64,000 nucleotides of DNA, taken from assembly GCA_964554535.1 (NCBI GenBank), contig CAZKPB010000006.1:39768-103767 (forward strand), in the 5' to 3' direction. This DNA comes from an uncultured Muribaculaceae bacterium (lineage in GTDB: Bacteria > Bacteroidota > Bacteroidia > Bacteroidales > UBA932). The notes below the pieces were generated by a model that saw nothing but the letters and a program-made list of their open reading frames with translations, had not been told where the DNA came from and did not search any database. Each line of letters starts with the position of its first letter. The first letter of the stretch is position 1. This document shows, piece after piece, positions 38,101-46,155 of the stretch. A program made the translations under genes and the position numbers.

Positions 38101-40492
38101 CAAGATAGCTTTCACCCCAGTCACTTTTGGCTTCTTCTGTATAAAAGCCCACGTAAGTGGTGTAGGGTGACAACCGACCGTTAAAAGAAGCCGTGGAAAA
38201 ATCACCTCCCTTTTCATAGGCGGTGACCAGATAAGAAACATTCAAAAAACCGGGAGCTCGCTTCTGGTCCAGATTCATGGCAATACGGAACGGCAATTTA
38301 CCGTCGGCACCGGTGGATTCGTCCAGTAACAGAAGGTCTTCCCGCTCAAAAGAACGGGACGGATCTTCAAACGTATACTTTTTGTATCCGTCAAAAGTTG
38401 TGGCCGCACGGGTAACCGCGGCTTCCACCGTAGTTCTCAGTCCCTGGCCGGGAGCGCCGTACAACCACTGCACGTCCACGGTTCCGGCGCATTGGGAAGG
38501 ATTCTGAAAAGGTTGGTCATCCAAATTCAGATTCAGTGCCAGATGATTGGGCTTCACCGTTTCCACCCTTACAATCTGTGAAAATTCCTGATTTCCTATC
38601 CGGACATTCACCCGCCAGCGCCCCGTCGGGTCACTTCCCTGGGTGGCAAAACGAAATGTCATCAATCCGTTATGATAATTGTTTTGCACCAATTCACTGA
38701 TTAATTGTCCATTGGGATTAAACAATTGAGCCGTTACAGGATGACCCTGCGGCACGGGGCCGTCTTCAAAAGAAGCCATTACAGACACAAACAAACTGTC
38801 TCCCGGACGCCATACTCCGCGCTCACCAAACAGGAAGGCTTTTATACCCTTGGACACAGCCATCCCGTCCACATCAAAATCACTTGTATTCAAGGCGTTG
38901 CCCGGCAAAATCTTCAAATAGGAAGACTCCTTGTTCTTTTGAGCAATGGCCACGGCTGCCGGCTGCAGGGTAGATAAAACCGCCATCCCGTTACGGTCCG
39001 TAGTGGCACTTCCCACTTCCTGGTTTACGGCATCATATAACTTCACCTTGGCTCCCGATACCGGAGCGGTTGTATTGATATCGTTGACAAAAACCGTATA
39101 TGGTCCGTTTTCACTTCCCTTGACAATAAGAGCCAATGAAGTGGACAACACGTTCATGGAACGTTGTTCATAGGTCTGGTAATCTCCAAACCAATAATCA
39201 GATTCATACCCTTCCTCTTCCCTGACCAGCGGCTCGCGTCCGCGCAATTCCACCCGGTAAATGGCACCGCGCTGTGCCTTGAAAATCTCATCCAGTTTAA
39301 GACCGTAATTGGCCGGAGAACGCAAGGCGCTTCCGGAAGGGTCTCCCAACACCAGCAAGGTATCGGCAATCACCCGGGATACATTGTACAGCGAGTAGCC
39401 TTCATTTATTTCACTGGTCTGCAGAAACTGCAGGATATTGTTTTCAAAAATGCGTTTAACCCGCACCTGCACTTTGGCGTAGTTGACCGCACGGAACAAC
39501 AGGGTTCCGTGGCTTCCGCCCGGCAGCAAGGTGCCTTTTGACACAAAGGCTACGGACGGGGTCTCGGGCTCAATTGCTATATTTTGCGACCAGTCTTTGT
39601 CCAGTTGCTCTCCGGCCGCATTTTCCACCGCTCGGTCCACCAATACCCGGAATTCGCCATGGATTCGTTCTTTGGGATACAAGGTCAACTTATTGGCTTC
39701 TAACGTATAACGACAGGCCGAGGCAGGTTTCAGGGTCACCCGTTGACTGTAGTCGGTCTTGGTGGAAAGCAACTTGGAAAACAATATTTCCACCGCCAGC
39801 GGGTCATAGCTGACTTTGGCCTGCAACACCCGGAAACCGCCTTTGGCCGGCACGGTAAACGATTCCGCCTCAAAACCGCCCTTAACCGTCAAGGTCTGCG
39901 CCTTGTCGGCAGGCACTATGCCATCCAGCACATACCCGTGCTGCATGCCGTCCCGGGAATGTGTCCAGGTAAGCAAAAGGCCCTTCCCGGAATATTTATA
40001 TTCAAATGACTGTTCCACTTTGTCCGGCGCCACATAATCGGAAGTGCTCACTTCTCCCTTTAGATAAAACACATCCGCTTGTGCCTGAGAAAGCAACAAC
40101 TGCCCGCTGTGATGCACCATCACCTGCGGCGTCTGCACTTCCAGACGACAGGTACCCTCCTTCACCTTGATGGTCACTTTATACAACTTATTGTTTTCCA
40201 ACGGCACCGCAGGTTGCAGTATAACCGAACGTTCTCCCGTACGGGACACGGCAAAGTCCACGGAAGGCTCTATCTTGATACACGTAGCCAGTTGTTCCGG
40301 ATCCATACCGGCAAATTCATTATGATCTTCAAAGAACCTGAACATTACGGGTGACTGCACTTTCACGGCAGAAGTGTAATATTCAATATATTGCTCTGTA
40401 ACATCATTTGAGGTTCCGCAGGAAGAAATTACCATCAGGTTGGCCGTCACAAGAAGTCCCATCGATAATATAAAGATGACCGTCCGCTTCAT
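35171..40492 (-). CDS. Alpha-2-macroglobulin-family lipoprotein with an intact thioester motif
   Basis: Start reset to the ATG at 40490-40492 (MKRTVIFILSMGLLVTANLMVISSC, lipobox); the track start at 40630 is TTG. About 1773 aa. Thioester YPHGCVEQ is encoded at 36476-36487 (CVEQ). Adjacent to pbpC. Confidence 0.9.
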   Translation of the reverse strand: MKRTVIFILSMGLLVTANLMVISSCGTSNDVTEQYIEYYTSAVKVQSPVMFRFFEDHNEFAGMDPEQLATCIKIEPSVDFAVSRTGERSVILQPAVPLENNKLYKVTIKVKEGTCRLEVQTPQVMVHHSGQLLLSQAQADVFYLKGEVSTSDYVAPDKVEQSFEYKYSGKGLLLTWTHSRDGMQHGYVLDGIVPADKAQTLTVKGGFEAESFTVPAKGGFRVLQAKVSYDPLAVEILFSKLLSTKTDYSQRVTLKPASACRYTLEANKLTLYPKERIHGEFRVLVDRAVENAAGEQLDKDWSQNIAIEPETPSVAFVSKGTLLPGGSHGTLLFRAVNYAKVQVRVKRIFENNILQFLQTSEINEGYSLYNVSRVIADTLLVLGDPSGSALRSPANYGLKLDEIFKAQRGAIYRVELRGREPLVREEEGYESDYWFGDYQTYEQRSMNVLSTSLALIVKGSENGPYTVFVNDINTTAPVSGAKVKLYDAVNQEVGSATTDRNGMAVLSTLQPAAVAIAQKNKESSYLKILPGNALNTSDFDVDGMAVSKGIKAFLFGERGVWRPGDSLFVSVMASFEDGPVPQGHPVTAQLFNPNGQLISELVQNNYHNGLMTFRFATQGSDPTGRWRVNVRIGNQEFSQIVRVETVKPNHLALNLNLDDQPFQNPSQCAGTVDVQWLYGAPGQGLRTTVEAAVTRAATTFDGYKKYTFEDPSRSFEREDLLLLDESTGADGKLPFRIAMNLDQKRAPGFLNVSYLVTAYEKGGDFSTASFNGRLSPYTTYVGFYTEEAKSDWGESYLDVNTPHAFEVVALNADGTSGEVKQVEVTVYKLSWNWWWNATADGLANYFYDQQVQPVETFTVNADRNGKATFSYNWKNKEEGVYYVRVTDPVGLHAAAKMYQVYSPDGSAASGVGEGATRLFSTLDKESYVAGQTAVLTIPSSPGARALVSLEKGNKVLRSFYVDCEAGQTRIPIEVTSEMVPNTYAFVTLIQPHANTLNDAPIRMFGVQPVMVSDPASLLKPLVETASEIRPESTMKITVSEEAGKAMSYVLAVVDEGLLNLTGYRTPDPWGFFNSKEALGISTWDSYDKIIGAYGGAIEQLFAVGGDNALGSPLAQALKAERFKAVVSFMGPFDLKAGQKAVHRVDLPAYIGAVRVMAIATDGRAQGSVQQEVQVTKPLMIAATLPRTVGTQEEVLLPVTVMATEENLGRVTVEVQADGAFSVMGDRNASVTVSHKGEQVVFFRIKAADVEGIGNLTVQASCAKDKAQQTTRVDVINPNPRVSVTQRMVIEPGQSWKGNFELAGQAGTQTAQVEFSTLPSIDLESRLTYLTQYPHGCVEQVVSGVFPQLYLNLFTEALRDTDKKVTAALSLLPKYQLSNGSFSYWPSQTEYYHRWATLYATHFLVAAEACGYQIPGKMKEHALNFLLRFVNNADNPAQDQAYALYVLSLGGKAQRGAMNRFTDDYDKAPSQALWLLAGAYAADGKKAQAERLIDNIKENNTFDPFSDSFDSAERSTAVCIEVLTALGRTTDAFELLTSLAQKLNDRSYYMSTQSCAWALKAVATYVKAAGGQGEGIHAEYTVGGKTGKVLSEKALATQSVPLSGTDAQVPLTVVNKGESPLYCVLSSSGIMEKDNRQGTSNGLDLSVIYWDADGNLLDPATLEQGRDFRACVTVRNTKAQTNLTNLALVQRFPSSWEIRNDRLYDREEAPHGITYQDIRDDRVLTYFDLPAGARVTYEVKLTATYQGRYYLPAVTCEAMYQGSINATLPGRWLE

Positions 40493-40504
40493 AAATACTT
40501 TGAT

Positions 40505-40512
40505 TAAATTTG
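40505..40512 (+). promoter_or_regulatory. -7 promoter box (taaatttg) upstream of pbpC
   Basis: Exact TAnnTTTG, 8 nt upstream of the ATG at 40521, inside the 28-bp A2M/pbpC spacer. Confidence 0.4.
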
Positions 40513-40520
40513 TTCCTAAT

Positions 40521-42893
40521 ATGCGGATTCTTTGGCAGAAAAGCAAACACAAGAAGGCTTTACTAATAGGCCTCCCCGTAGCCGCGGGCCTGCTGTGGTA
40601 TACTTTCTGTCTGCCCAATCCCCTTTTCAAGGATTTCTATTCCAACGTGTTGTACGCTCGTGACGGTCAACTGCTGGGCGCCCGCATTGCCTCGGACGGC
40701 CAGTGGCGCTTTCCGGAAAGCACAGATCAGCTGCCCCAAAAATACGTCCGCGCCCTGCTCACCTTTGAAGACAAACGCTTCTACCACCACATGGGAGTGG
40801 ACCCGCTTGCCGTTGGCCGAGCCCTGCGGCAGAACCTGCAACGAAAAGAAGTGGTCAGTGGTGCCAGTACCCTCACCATGCAGGTCATCCGCCTGAGCTG
40901 CCCCGCCAAACGCCGCACCTTGGCCCGCAAAGTCTATGAAATAATCTTGGCCACCCGTCTGGAACTGCGCTGCAGCAAGGACCGGATTCTGCATCTGTAC
41001 AGCGCGCACGCTCCCTTTGGCGGCAATGTGGTGGGCCTGGAAGCCGCCTGCAGACGGTACTTCAACCGTTCCCCCCGGCAATTGTCCTGGGCCGAGGCCT
41101 CCCTGCTGGCCGTATTGCCCAACGCCCCGTCTTCTCTGCATCCGGGCCGCCAGCGCACCGCCCTGCTACAAAAACGCAACCGCCTGCTGCACCGCCTGTG
41201 GCAACAGGGAGACATGGATTCATTGGATTACGCGCTGGCCTTGGACGAGCCCCTGCCGCAAACACCTTACGCCATGCCCGACCGGGCCTACCACCTGCTG
41301 GATCTGGCCGCGAAGGAACACGGGGCACAGGCTTTTATCACCACCATTGACCCTGTCCTGCAAGAGCACGTCAACCATACGGTACTGCGCTACAACAAAC
41401 GCTACCGCGCCAACAAGGTGGAAAACCTTGCCGTTCTGGTGGCTGACGTGCATACAGGAGAAATTCTGGCCTACTGCGGCAACGTCTTTGACGGCAACGA
41501 CCCACGTCCGGGAGGCAGTGTGGATGTGATTCAGGCCCCCCGCAGCAGCGGCAGTACCCTCAAACCGTTTCTCTACGCCGCCATGCTGGACAAAGGACTC
41601 ATCTGGCCCGATATGCTGATCAAAGACACCCCCTTCCATACCAAAAACTTTGCTCCCCGTAACTTCAGCAATACCTTTGAAGGGGCCGTACCGGCCCGTC
41701 AGGTGATAGAACAGTCGTTGAACGTGCCCTCGGTACGCATGCTGGACGCTTACGGTACCGAAGCCTTTCTATTGCAACTCAAACAACTGGGATTCAGCAC
41801 CGTGACACGTCCCGCTACAGATTACGGGCTATCCCTGATACTGGGCGGGGCGGAAATTACTCTCTACGACTTGGTACGCGCCTATTACCGCCAGGCCGCC
41901 CAACTGAACAGGTATACAAACCCCGAGGATACGTGCTACAAGGACCTTACTTACCTGCTGCCGCAAAAAGAGTCGGTCCCGGCACGAGAACGGTTGGGTG
42001 AAGGCGTCTTTACAGAAGCCTCGCTGTACCTGCTGATGGAATCCCTCTCGCAGCTGAACAGGCCCGAGGAAGAAGCATCTTGGGATACCTTCCACAGTAC
42101 CCGCAAAATTGCCTGGAAGACCGGCACCAGCTGGGGCCATCGCGATGCATGGAGCGTGGGGATCACCCCACAGTACGTAGTGGGCGTGTGGGTGGGTAAC
42201 GCCACGGGGGAAGGCCGTTCGCAACTTACCGGCGTGGGTTATGCGGCTCCTGTGCTCTTTGATGTATTTGCGTGGCTCCCCGCCTCGGCCCAATGGTTCT
42301 CCCTTCCGGAGGTACAGCTGGAACAAGCGGTGGTTTGTGCGCAGAGCGGGCACCCGGCAAGCGGACTCTGCCCGCAGACCGATACCGTTTGGGTGCCCCG
42401 CAACGCACACAAGCCAGCCCCCTGTCCCTACCATGTGCTGGTGCATCTGGATGCCGAGCGGCAATACCGCGTAAACAGCACCTGCTACCCTACGGGTTCC
42501 ATGGTGCATACACCCTGGTTTGTGCTGCCTCCCGCCCAAGAATGGTATTACATGCAGAAGCACCTCAACTACGAACCGTTGCCGCCACTGCATCCGGCGT
42601 TGCAAGAAGGTGCGGGCGTTTCCAAAGGGCTGGAAATCATTTATCCGCAACAGGGAGACGTTGTCATTACCCCGCTGGACCTTGACGGAAAAACCAAGGG
42701 AGCTGTCTTTCGGGCGGCGCATCAGGACCGCGAAGCCATACTGTACTGGCATATTGACGACCAATACGTGGGACGCACGCAGGGCGGCACCCACCAAATA
42801 AAAACCGACCCCGCACCGGGCCGCCATATATTGTATGTGACGGATCAGTACGGGGACGGTGCCACAGTGGCTTTTACCGTATCAGACTTCTAG
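40521..42893 (+). CDS. pbpC: Penicillin-binding protein 1C (bifunctional transglycosylase/transpeptidase)
   Basis: Start reset to 40521 (MRILWQKSKHKKALLIGLPVAAGLLWY, TM anchor). GT51 motifs EDKRFYHHMGVD and GASTLTMQ. Transpeptidase motif SSGSTLKP (SxxK). Confidence 0.9.
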   Translation: MRILWQKSKHKKALLIGLPVAAGLLWYTFCLPNPLFKDFYSNVLYARDGQLLGARIASDGQWRFPESTDQLPQKYVRALLTFEDKRFYHHMGVDPLAVGRALRQNLQRKEVVSGASTLTMQVIRLSCPAKRRTLARKVYEIILATRLELRCSKDRILHLYSAHAPFGGNVVGLEAACRRYFNRSPRQLSWAEASLLAVLPNAPSSLHPGRQRTALLQKRNRLLHRLWQQGDMDSLDYALALDEPLPQTPYAMPDRAYHLLDLAAKEHGAQAFITTIDPVLQEHVNHTVLRYNKRYRANKVENLAVLVADVHTGEILAYCGNVFDGNDPRPGGSVDVIQAPRSSGSTLKPFLYAAMLDKGLIWPDMLIKDTPFHTKNFAPRNFSNTFEGAVPARQVIEQSLNVPSVRMLDAYGTEAFLLQLKQLGFSTVTRPATDYGLSLILGGAEITLYDLVRAYYRQAAQLNRYTNPEDTCYKDLTYLLPQKESVPARERLGEGVFTEASLYLLMESLSQLNRPEEEASWDTFHSTRKIAWKTGTSWGHRDAWSVGITPQYVVGVWVGNATGEGRSQLTGVGYAAPVLFDVFAWLPASAQWFSLPEVQLEQAVVCAQSGHPASGLCPQTDTVWVPRNAHKPAPCPYHVLVHLDAERQYRVNSTCYPTGSMVHTPWFVLPPAQEWYYMQKHLNYEPLPPLHPALQEGAGVSKGLEIIYPQQGDVVITPLDLDGKTKGAVFRAAHQDREAILYWHIDDQYVGRTQGGTHQIKTDPAPGRHILYVTDQYGDGATVAFTVSDF

Positions 42894-44438
42894 TTTCTGG
42901 CCTTTATCGTCCAGCCAGCGTGCCTGGGTAACGGCCAGATCGGCGGCCACCTGCACGTTAATTTTGATTCCGTATTTTCGCGACCATTGCTTGGTCCGCG
43001 AACGAAAGCCTTTGGTAAGATACGCTTCAATAAAAGGATGTACTTCCAGACAAATTTGTTTCATCTTTTTATCGTGCGCAAAGAAAGCAATTTGATTTTC
43101 AATTGTTTCCGTAAAGAGCAAACTCGGCGCAATTTTGCCCGTACCGTTGCAGGTGGGGCATTTTTCGCTGGTGTTGATTTCCATGGCCGGACGCACCCGT
43201 TGACGGGTAATCTGCATCAGACCAAACTTGGTAAGTGGCAAAATGTTGTGCTTGGCACGATCAGTTGCCATAAGTTCTTGCATTCTCTTGAAAAGCTTCA
43301 ACCGGTGTTCCGGCTGGTCCATATCTATAAAGTCCACAATGATAATGCCTCCCATATCCCTCAGGCGTAACTGGCGGGCCAGTTCCTCGGCCACCACCAT
43401 ATTTACCTCAAATGCATTATCTTCCTGTCCGGTAGCCATTTTGGAACGGATACCGCTGTTCACATCCACTACGTGCAACGCCTCTGTATGTTCTACAATA
43501 ATGTAGATACCTTGTTTGAGAGGGACCACCCTGCCAAAAGAACTCCTGATCTGTTTGTTAATGTCAAAAGCGTCAAAAATGGGCTCGTTGCCCCTGTATA
43601 ATTTGACAATCTTTTCCTGTTCGGGAGCAATGGTGGTAACGTACTGGCAAATCTCATCAAAAACGGACGCATCATTTACCTGGATATTGGTAAACGTGTC
43701 ATTAAGCAAATCCCTTATGACCGTAGTAATGCGACTGTTTTCAGTGAGCAGGCGATAGGGCATTTTCCCCTGACGCATGGTTTCCCAAGAATCTTCCCAT
43801 TTGTGAATGAGCGCATTTAACTCGGCATCAAGTACCGCTGCTTTTTTACCTTCTGCAGCTGTCCTGATAATCAAACCGTAGTTGGGAGGCAGGATGCTGT
43901 GTACCAGGCGTTCCAACCTTCCGCGTTCTTCTTTGAGGGAAATTTTGGACGAAATGCTGACCCTTTCCGAAAAAGGCAACAGCACCATATTACGCCCGGC
44001 AATGGATATGTCGGACGTAAGGCGCGACCCCTTGGTGGAAATGGGTTCCTTTACAATCTGGACTAAAATGGGTTGGCCAACCTTCAACACCTCGGCAATC
44101 TTGCCTTCCTTGGGCAACACGGAACCCAGTTTGATGCTGGAATGGATTTCCGCAGGAGTTCCCTGACGGGCAATCACGTGTTGCGTAAAGTAGTTGACGG
44201 CAGAAAAAGACAGGCCCAAGTCCAGGTAATGGACAAAGGCGTCTTTCTCATCTCCAATGTCCACAAAAGCGGCATTGAGAGCGGGCATTATTTTTTTGAC
44301 CTTACCCAGATACAAATCACCGACCGAAAAATGTTCGGATGAAGTCACTTCCTTGTGAAGTTCCATCAATCGTTTATTTTCCAGTAGTGCAATAGAGACT
44401 TCTGAAGAACTTACATCTATAATCAGGTCTTTTTCCAT
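42882..44438 (-). CDS. rng: Ribonuclease G/E family endoribonuclease
   Basis: 518 aa. N-terminal S1 domain (VGDLYLGKVKKIMPALNAAFVDIG), catalytic core, and Zn-link-like CPTCNGTG. Confidence 0.88.
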   Translation of the reverse strand: MEKDLIIDVSSSEVSIALLENKRLMELHKEVTSSEHFSVGDLYLGKVKKIMPALNAAFVDIGDEKDAFVHYLDLGLSFSAVNYFTQHVIARQGTPAEIHSSIKLGSVLPKEGKIAEVLKVGQPILVQIVKEPISTKGSRLTSDISIAGRNMVLLPFSERVSISSKISLKEERGRLERLVHSILPPNYGLIIRTAAEGKKAAVLDAELNALIHKWEDSWETMRQGKMPYRLLTENSRITTVIRDLLNDTFTNIQVNDASVFDEICQYVTTIAPEQEKIVKLYRGNEPIFDAFDINKQIRSSFGRVVPLKQGIYIIVEHTEALHVVDVNSGIRSKMATGQEDNAFEVNMVVAEELARQLRLRDMGGIIIVDFIDMDQPEHRLKLFKRMQELMATDRAKHNILPLTKFGLMQITRQRVRPAMEINTSEKCPTCNGTGKIAPSLLFTETIENQIAFFAHDKKMKQICLEVHPFIEAYLTKGFRSRTKQWSRKYGIKINVQVAADLAVTQARWLDDKGQKLEV

Positions 44439-44480
44439 TCTTCATAGGAACTTCCGCAAAAGCGAAAGTTATTAAACCAA

Positions 44481-44525
44481 GAAACCTAAAGTGTCCCTCC
44501 TTACGGAATCGCAACTTTAGGTTTC
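44481..44525 (-). terminator. 12-bp perfect hairpin between the micro-ORF and rng (terminator, processing or regulatory element)
   Basis: Arms gaaacctaaagt (44481-44492) and actttaggtttc (44514-44525). The 21-nt loop on the reverse strand, tgcgat-tcc-gtaa-gga-gggac, can form a further 3-bp stem capped by a GUAA tetraloop. It is followed by only a weak U-rich stretch (ttggttt). Confidence 0.45.
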
Positions 44526-44550
44526 CTAGGTGCTTTAGACATATAATGGC

Positions 44551-44640
44551 TTATTTCTTCTTATGACGATTCTTGCGCAAACGTTTTTTACGTTTGTGCG
44601 TGGCCATTTTATGCCGTTTTCTTTTTTTTCCGCTTGGCAT
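44551..44640 (-). CDS. 29-aa hyper-basic peptide, possibly a bS22-like small ribosomal protein
   Basis: Below the ORF-track cutoff. Hand translation of the reverse strand: MPSGKKRKRHKMATHKRKKRLRKNRHKKK*. The ATG lies 8 nt after the HU stop. Confidence 0.55.
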   Translation of the reverse strand: MPSGKKRKRHKMATHKRKKRLRKNRHKKK

Positions 44641-44648
44641 ATTCTTAT

Positions 44649-44933
44649 TTATTTAACGCTTGATTTAACTTTATTCATAAACACTTTGGCCGGTTTGAAT
44701 GAAGGGATGAAGTGTTCGGGGATCACAATAGTGGTGTTTTTGGAAATATTGCGGGCCGTTTTGCGGGCACGTTTTTTCAAAATAAAGCTACCGAAACCAC
44801 GCAGGTAGACATTCTTGTTTTGTGCTAAAGAACCCTTTACGTTTTCCATAAAGCATTCTACTACTTTCTGCACAGCAATCTTCTCCATGCCTGTTGTTTT
44901 GGCAATTTCGTTTACGATATCAGCTTTTGTCAT
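44649..44933 (-). CDS. hup: HU-family DNA-binding protein
   Basis: 94 aa. MTKADIVNEIAKTTG...VYLRGFGSFILKKRARKTARNISKNTTIVIPEHFIPSFKPAK is the canonical HU/IHF fold signature. Confidence 0.92.
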   Translation of the reverse strand: MTKADIVNEIAKTTGMEKIAVQKVVECFMENVKGSLAQNKNVYLRGFGSFILKKRARKTARNISKNTTIVIPEHFIPSFKPAKVFMNKVKSSVK

Positions 44934-44984
44934 AATACTGTAATTAATAAGTTTGTATTTCTGTTTTTAAAGTTCAAACGGACT

Positions 44985-44992
44985 GCAAAAGT
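44985..44992 (-). promoter_or_regulatory. -7 promoter box (tacttttg) upstream of HU
   Basis: The + strand reads caaaagta, 51 nt upstream of the ATG at 44933. Confidence 0.4.
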
Positions 44993-45063
44993 AACATTTA
45001 ATTCTAAATATCAAGTAGTTTCCTAAAAAATTAATAATTATTTCTGAATGCATCTACTTATTA

Positions 45064-45071
45064 TACCTTTG
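45064..45071 (+). promoter_or_regulatory. -7 promoter box (tacctttg) 4 nt upstream of the mutY ATG
   Basis: tacctttg-cttt-ATG (ATG at 45076). Confidence 0.45.
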
Positions 45072-45075
45072 CTTT

Positions 45076-46122
45076 ATGGATTTCACCGCACAACTGCTTG
45101 ACTGGTACGCCGCGCACCGCAGATACCTGCCCTGGAAAGAAGATGCAGACCCCTATAAAATATGGGTATCGGAAATTATTCTCCAACAAACACGTGTAGC
45201 TCAAGGCCTTGACTACTACAACCGTTTCACCGCCCGATTCCCCACCGTACAACTTCTGGCCGAGGCTACTGAAGACCATGTGCTCAAACAGTGGCAGGGA
45301 CTGGGCTATTACTCGCGGGCCCGCAATTTGCACCGGACCGCCCGCGAAATCGTGGCGCGTTATGACGGAGAATTCCCCGAGACCCGCGACGAGCTTTTGC
45401 AACTCAAAGGGATTGGACCGTATACGGCCTCGGCCATTGCCTCTTTTGCCTTCAATGCGTCTGTTGCCGCATTGGACGGCAACGGATACCGCATTCTGTC
45501 CCGTTTTTTTGAGGTGGATCTTTCCCCGCAGACTGCTGCCGGGAAAAAAGCCTTTGAACAATTGGCTCAAGCCCTGCTACCCCCGGAGCAAAGTGCCCGG
45601 TTTAACCAGGCCCTTATGGACTTCGGCTCTCTGGTCTGCCTTCCCAAACCCTTGTGCAACGAATGTCCCCTACAATGCGCCTGCCTGGGATACCTCCACC
45701 ATACGGCAGAGCATCTGCCGACCGGCCGAGTGAAGATTGCGCCCCGCCTGCGCTATTTCAACTACCTTCATTTTACGGACGGGCCGTACACTTATATTCA
45801 CAAGAGAGAGGCCGGAGATATCTGGCAGGGACTGTACGAATTTCCACTGATTGAAAGTGACCGGGCACTGAACCAAGAAGAACTTATTGATACGCCCGAA
45901 TTCCGGGAAATGACAGGGGACGCCCTTTTTGTGCTTTCCGGAACCCGCCGGCTGAAGCCCCACAAATTGAGCCACCAGACACTATATGCCTGCGTAGTGG
46001 AGATTTCGTTACCTTGCAGCGGCACAAAATTGGCAGAGAAGTACCTGAAAATTCCTATACAAGATTTTCCAAAATTTGCCGTGCCACGCCTCATTGAAAA
46101 ATATCAGCCGACAGAATATTGA
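45076..46122 (+). CDS. mutY: A/G-specific adenine DNA glycosylase
   Basis: LPWKEDADPYKIWVSEIILQQTRV, HhH-GPD (LLQLKGIGPYTASAI), and the 4Fe-4S loop CLPKPLCNECPLQCAC. Confidence 0.92.
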   Translation: MDFTAQLLDWYAAHRRYLPWKEDADPYKIWVSEIILQQTRVAQGLDYYNRFTARFPTVQLLAEATEDHVLKQWQGLGYYSRARNLHRTAREIVARYDGEFPETRDELLQLKGIGPYTASAIASFAFNASVAALDGNGYRILSRFFEVDLSPQTAAGKKAFEQLAQALLPPEQSARFNQALMDFGSLVCLPKPLCNECPLQCACLGYLHHTAEHLPTGRVKIAPRLRYFNYLHFTDGPYTYIHKREAGDIWQGLYEFPLIESDRALNQEELIDTPEFREMTGDALFVLSGTRRLKPHKLSHQTLYACVVEISLPCSGTKLAEKYLKIPIQDFPKFAVPRLIEKYQPTEY

Positions 46123-46129
46123 TTATCTT

Positions 46130-46137
46130 TACATTTG
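46130..46137 (+). promoter_or_regulatory. -7 promoter box (tacatttg) upstream of the Omp85 paralog
   Basis: Exact TAnnTTTG, 18 nt upstream of the ATG at 46156. The track's TTG start at 46135 lies inside this box. Confidence 0.45.
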
Positions 46138-46155
46138 TATATATTAGAATTCCTA

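Noticed and set aside
44563-44808. An 81-aa + strand ORF.
   Set aside because: It is antisense to both the HU gene and the basic micro-ORF, and its product is hydrophobic junk.
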